From: Rhizaria sp. SCN 62-66
Lineage: Eukaryota
Reading direction: 5' to 3'
NCBI GenBank assembly: GCA_001724265.1
Contig: MEDY01000124.1
Coordinates: 50,501 to 70,500 of the forward strand
DNA: 20,000 nucleotides
Shown here piece after piece: positions 15,593 to 20,000 of the stretch. Below the pieces are notes generated by a model, which saw nothing but the letters and a program-made list of their open reading frames with translations, was not told the origin of the DNA and did not search any database. How positions within the stretch are numbered: position 1 is the first letter of the stretch; each line of letters opens with the position of its first letter. The position numbers were made by a program, and so were the translations under genes.

Positions 15593-17839
15593 ATGTCAGC
15601 TTCGTCTGCCGATGCCCTCCAGGCGATGCGCGCAAGCATCAAGCGTGGTGGCATTGACCTCATGGCTGCTTTCCGCGCTTTCGATAAGTACGTCATGCTC
15701 TTCTCGTATTTCCCTTTTTCTATCACACCCCACGCCAACAAAAAAAACAAACACCAAGCTCACTCGTCCCTGAACAACACTCCCTCTGATCTCTCGTTGC
15801 TCCCCAGCCTGCGTCTTGGCCGCGTCGACTTCTTCCGCGTGCGCCCGATCCTGGGTACGAGCGGCGTGCCCATGCCATCCGCGGAGGCGCTCGACGCGAT
15901 CATGGCCGACTACAAACATCCCGCTGACAAGACCAAGTTCGACTACTACCGCTTCGTTAAGGAGCTCGAGGACGTGCCTTCCTTCCATGCCGCCGTCCCG
16001 GCCCCGCGCGCCTTCACCGCGACGGCCGCGGCCGCGCTGCCGGCCAAGGTGCTCGCGCAGACCGAGGCCACGCTGGCGCGCCTGCAGGCCGTCGTGGCGC
16101 GCCTCCGCATGGACATCACGATCTTCTTCCAGGCGCACGACCGCTTCCGCAACGGCACGTGCCCGCCGCCCAAGTTTGGCTCCGTGCTCACCTCCTGCGG
16201 ACTCGTCGTGTCCGCCGCGGAGCTCGCCGCGCTGCTGCAGCGCTTCCACGTCTCCGAGACGGCGACAGACTACAAGTCGTTCCTCGCGCTCATCACAGCG
16301 CCCCCCGCGTCGCAGGACCGTGACCGCTACGGCGGCGACGGCGCTGACACCAGCGGGCCCGCGTCGCTCTCGGCGAGCTTCTCCCCCGCCAAGCAGTCGA
16401 TGTCGCGCACCTCCGCGCCGCCGCGCTCGACCTTCGACCAGCCCGTGGCCGTCGCCACCGACGTGTTGACAGTGCTCCGCAAGGCGCACGCACTCTTCTC
16501 GGCCGCGCGCGTGCAGCTCGACCCCTGCGCCAACTACTTCCGCGACCACGACCCGCTGAACCGCGGCGCCGTTGAGACGGGCGTGTTCGCGCGCGTGCTC
16601 TCCTCGGCCTACGCGCTCGCGTTGAGCCCGAGGGAGATCGCGGTGCTGACCGAGCAGTATCTGCTCACGCCGCCTGGCGCGTCACCCGCGTTCGTCGACT
16701 ACCGCGCCTTCGTCGCTGACGTCGCGATCGCAACGGCGGGCGGCGACGTCTTCGCGCTCGAGCGCGCGCCCACGCGTGATCTCACGGCGCCCGCGCCCGC
16801 CTGGTCCCCGCACGAGGAGAACGCCGCCTCTTTCGACGGCAGCACCGACGCCGGCTCCGGCTCCGGATCTGCTGGTGGCGGCGCCGGCGCGGGGCGCGTG
16901 CAGGAGCTACTCGCGGCGCTCGCGGTTGCGGGCTTCGCGCGGCGGCTGGAGCTGGAGCCGTCCTTCACGGACCGCGACCCGCTGCGCAAGGGCTGCGTAA
17001 ACGCGCGCCAGTTCCAGACGGTCATCTCCGAGATTCCCGCCGCGGGCGCGTTCCTCGCGCGCGACTGGGCCGCGCTGCTGGCGGCGTACCAGAAGGGCGC
17101 GCTGGGCCACGATTACCGCGCCTTCCTGGGCGACCTGCGCGCGCAGCAGCGGCGCGTGCAGGAGGGCCACCAGGAGGTCGTCGCGCGCGCGCAGGCGCAG
17201 GGGTTGTCGTCGTACGAGCTGCCGCCTTCGGCCGCGCTCACGCACGCGCGCCAGACCATGGGCGTGCGCGAGCTTGGCGGCGCCACGGCCGTGGGCTCGG
17301 GCGCCGCGCCGCGCGCCGCGGGCACGGCCGCGATCAAGGGTTATGGCCCCGTCGTCGGCGGCAGCACGCCCGGCGCGCGCGCGCACGACCCTTTCCCGAG
17401 CAACATCAAGAACGCCACGCTGCCCCGCGGCGCCGGCGGCGTGTACGGCTCCGGCGGCGCCGAGAGAGTCGAGGTCGCGGGTGTGCCCGAGGGCGCCGCG
17501 GGCGGGCTGTTCAGCTCGATGGCGGTGGGCGAGGACCTGGGCTCCGCGCTGGCCGCGCGCACCGATGCCGTGGTGCGCAAGGTGCGCGCGCTTGTGGCCA
17601 GCCGCCGCGTGCCGCTGCGCACGCACCTGGCGGCCGGCGACCGCGCTGGCTCTGGGCTGGTCGACCTCAACGTCGTGTGGCAGGCGCTGGCCAACAACGG
17701 CGTTGCTGTCAGCCAGGAAGAGCTCGAGCTGCTCGCGCTGCGCTACGAGCAGCCCGGAGCCGGCAAGAGCTTCCAACAGGGCGGGTCCGGCGCGCGCATC
17801 GCGTACGCGCAGCTCTGCGACGATGTGCAGTCCGCGTAA
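15593..17839 (+). CDS. multi-repeat degenerate EF-hand protein (EFCAB6-like architecture), exons 15593-15687 and 15808-17839, 708 aa
   Basis: Five repeats with loops FRAFDNLRLG (after splicing), FQAHDRFRNG, FRDHDPLNRG, FTDRDPLRKG and LAAGDRAGSG, each followed by an E..xL...[YF] helix and a [DA]Y..[FL] motif (FDYYRF, TDYKSF, VDYRAF, HDYRAF, IAYAQL). Confidence 0.85.
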   Translation: MSASSADALQAMRASIKRGGIDLMAAFRAFDKYVMLFSYFPFSITPHANKKNKHQAHSSLNNTPSDLSLLPSLRLGRVDFFRVRPILGTSGVPMPSAEALDAIMADYKHPADKTKFDYYRFVKELEDVPSFHAAVPAPRAFTATAAAALPAKVLAQTEATLARLQAVVARLRMDITIFFQAHDRFRNGTCPPPKFGSVLTSCGLVVSAAELAALLQRFHVSETATDYKSFLALITAPPASQDRDRYGGDGADTSGPASLSASFSPAKQSMSRTSAPPRSTFDQPVAVATDVLTVLRKAHALFSAARVQLDPCANYFRDHDPLNRGAVETGVFARVLSSAYALALSPREIAVLTEQYLLTPPGASPAFVDYRAFVADVAIATAGGDVFALERAPTRDLTAPAPAWSPHEENAASFDGSTDAGSGSGSAGGGAGAGRVQELLAALAVAGFARRLELEPSFTDRDPLRKGCVNARQFQTVISEIPAAGAFLARDWAALLAAYQKGALGHDYRAFLGDLRAQQRRVQEGHQEVVARAQAQGLSSYELPPSAALTHARQTMGVRELGGATAVGSGAAPRAAGTAAIKGYGPVVGGSTPGARAHDPFPSNIKNATLPRGAGGVYGSGGAERVEVAGVPEGAAGGLFSSMAVGEDLGSALAARTDAVVRKVRALVASRRVPLRTHLAAGDRAGSGLVDLNVVWQALANNGVAVSQEELELLALRYEQPGAGKSFQQGGSGARIAYAQLCDDVQSA
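15688..15807 (+). other. spliceosomal intron (120 nt, phase 2, no in-frame stop)
   Basis: Donor GTACGT (same as the 281 intron), CTGAT branch-like motif at 15786, pyrimidine tract and CCCCAG ending at 15807; low-GC interior; removal restores a D-x3-G EF-hand-like loop matching the other repeats. Confidence 0.85.
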
Positions 17840-19095
17840 GCAAGTATCAGTACAGCTGCGTGTATATGCAACTCTTTTCGTGCATGCTTTTTGTTTTTTT
17901 ATTCGCCGGTGTCAGTTTATTTTGCAGTCTTGAGTTTTATCATATGTGTCTTGTATAGTCTCGATCAAATATGCGCGCGAATTTTCAATGATCGCCCTCG
18001 TTGCGTCAATAAATAGTTTTGTGATAAAATAGGATCGAGAGCGGTTCCGGCGTAAAGTCTCCTTCGTCAGGGATTGAGACATAAATAACACTTTCACAAC
18101 ATAGTATAAGAGGATAAAGTACGACTGTAAATCTAAGTCACCATATCAAACGTTGAATACTTTTGGCGATTATTCTGTTGAGACTTAGCTGCAAAACGAT
18201 TTTTCTTCTTGGAGTGAGCGGAGGGTATTTCTGTGAGAAACTTTGGGTCCACGCGATATCCACCCTCTGCCTGGAGACTTGGAGTTCAAAAAGGAGCAAG
18301 CTTTCCTTTTCATGCAGTTAAGGGCTGGAGGGCTCTTGCGACGGACTTTTGAATCTGTGGCTTGTCATTATTGTTGACCGTAAGCGGTCGTAACGTTGAT
18401 ACGTTAATGTAACTGACACGAAGTACCAGGTTTTATCTGTGTGCTTTTATTATCCCCTGATTATCTTTGTGGTGATCGTGAAATCCAAGTTTCGAGTTTG
18501 TTGTCACCCAAAGTATGGGGCAGCAGCGGGCGCACGTGGACGCCTTCGGTCGTAGCGCAGTAGGTGACATGACAGAAGTGCAACGCGAGCATGCCCGCAA
18601 TTACGCCGCCAGCGACTCCGCTCTCGTCTTTATCGCCGACGGTCTCAAACCCGGCCTCAGTCGCCGACGGGACCGTTGCGGGGCATGAGCGGCGTGTCGG
18701 ATGGGCGCGACATCAACTGTGCCTCTATGATTGAAATGATGATCACATAACGGAGTGGTTGTCACGTGTCACAAGCTTTGTAAAGCACTAACGATGAATC
18801 TATATAAACTGCATTGGCTTTGTACTTCTGTCCCACAACCATGTTCTCTTTGTTGGAGTTAGAGGATCACTCTCAAACATGCCTCTTAAACGCAAGCTTC
18901 CTGTTAGTTAACCGTAAGCACATGTTGAACATACTCCCTGCTTACCACCCCCACTTATCACGACAAATACCCCTTTTACGTGTTTTCCCCCCACTTTGAA
19001 CACGTCTCTGTGCCGGTTGTATTACCCTTCGCATGTTTCTCTTCATGTCCGCCTTTCATCGTCCTCCAACACAGTTTGACGCGTGCGTCGCAACG

Positions 19096-20000
19096 ATGGC
19101 ATCCCACCACCGCGACCATGACCAGTCTCTCCGTCTAACGGCTATGTTTCTGCTGTTGACATTCGCGTGCTGTTTCTGCAACCTCGTCTCGGCTCTTCCC
19201 ACACTGGCGTCATTCCGCGTGACTTTGGCTGAGGCTGACCCGATGTTGCGCAGCCTTTATCCAGGTTTCACTTGGTACAACATAACCTCTCTTCTGCCAA
19301 ATGCGACGAACGGTGTCTTAAGGATGCGCTGCAATGGCGCGCCAGACGTTCTTCGCTTTATTTCGGGCATTCAGGGTTCTTTTTTTCCGACCGATCCGAT
19401 GCCAGTCGGAGCAACGGTGTGGGAAAAACCCAACACTCCGGCGGACATAACCTACATGTCAATTGTTTACCGCGCTGCGACAACGGAGGATGTGCTGTCA
19501 TGTTCGATTTTTACCCACGAGGAGCAGTACAGCTTACCAGTGAGTCTATTATTCAGCAAAAACCTCTGCGGCGTGTGGCGCAGGTCACGGTCTCCACGAC
19601 AGGAACGACATTCACCATTCCGGACGAGGCGAACGCGAGGCATCTGTGCTCACGCACAGACAAGTACGAGATTGCGGGCCCTGAATTGCCAACATTTGCG
19701 CTTACAACAGCGACCGCGGCATATTTCACCATGACTAAGACGACGACGCCAACGATTACATATGTCATGGTGCCAAAGTCAGACGTCTTCTCATCGACAC
19801 TCGCGCCGGAGCTGACAAGTTCGTCCGTGATGCCGGGCGCGAATGTCACTGTGACGCTGTACTCAAGTGGCCGCACCATTGTCCTTACGCCCGCGGCGCC
19901 GACCTTTGTGTACGTCACCAACACAGACGTGAACAACTTCGCGACATCCAAATGGAGTCTCGCGCTTTCGCCCACAATCTACTCGGACTGGATCATCGCC
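19096..20000 (+). CDS. 3'-partial secreted/cell-surface, Thr/Ser-rich beta-strand-like protein with a frame change near 19500-19583 (short intron or indel)
   Basis: Signal-peptide-like MFLLLTFACCFCNLVSA (ATG at 19096 or 19144); N-glycosylation sequons NIT, NAT, NVT. Protein-like sequence continues in the -1 frame (VTVSTTGTTFTIPDE...SPTIYSDWIIA), open to the window end; GTGAGT at 19540 with frame-restoring CAGs at 19556 and 19583. Confidence 0.6.

Noticed and set aside
18814-18999. Short ORFs in AT-rich spacers (also 13646-13828, 15050-15463, 17912-18097)
   Set aside because: Non-coding composition, no motifs, lengths compatible with chance.
1-20000. Prokaryotic operon, CRISPR array, tRNA/rRNA/snRNA genes, or stop-codon reassignment
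   Set aside because: Spliceosomal introns and an SLC25 carrier show a eukaryotic locus; no repeat-spacer array or recognisable RNA gene motif was seen by eye; TAA and TGA both terminate genes at compositional boundaries.

Overview
Gene-dense eukaryotic (protist-like) DNA: very GC-rich exons, short AT/pyrimidine-rich spacers, GT-AG introns of about 120 nt, standard genetic code. Six protein genes are supported: (1) a 5'-truncated Gln-rich hypothetical protein with one intron; (2) a minus-strand SLC25 mitochondrial carrier with a degenerate first signature motif; (3) an uninterrupted ~3,164-aa ORF with a mitochondrial-type presequence and a complete bacterial-type RsgA/YjeQ ribosome-biogenesis GTPase; (4) a Gly/Gln/His/RGG-rich protein with an MPLKIP/TTDN1-like PSMxxDPW motif; (5) a five-repeat degenerate EF-hand protein with a stop-free 120-nt intron; (6) a 3'-truncated secreted/surface protein with a frame change. 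The standout is gene 3. The RsgA parts (OB fold, G4-G5-G1-G2-G3, Zn finger, C-terminal helix) are all present in order but spread over ~1,470 residues by insertions of up to ~860 aa, and the gene lies head-to-head with the carrier. Family calls come from motif recognition only; no searches were run.
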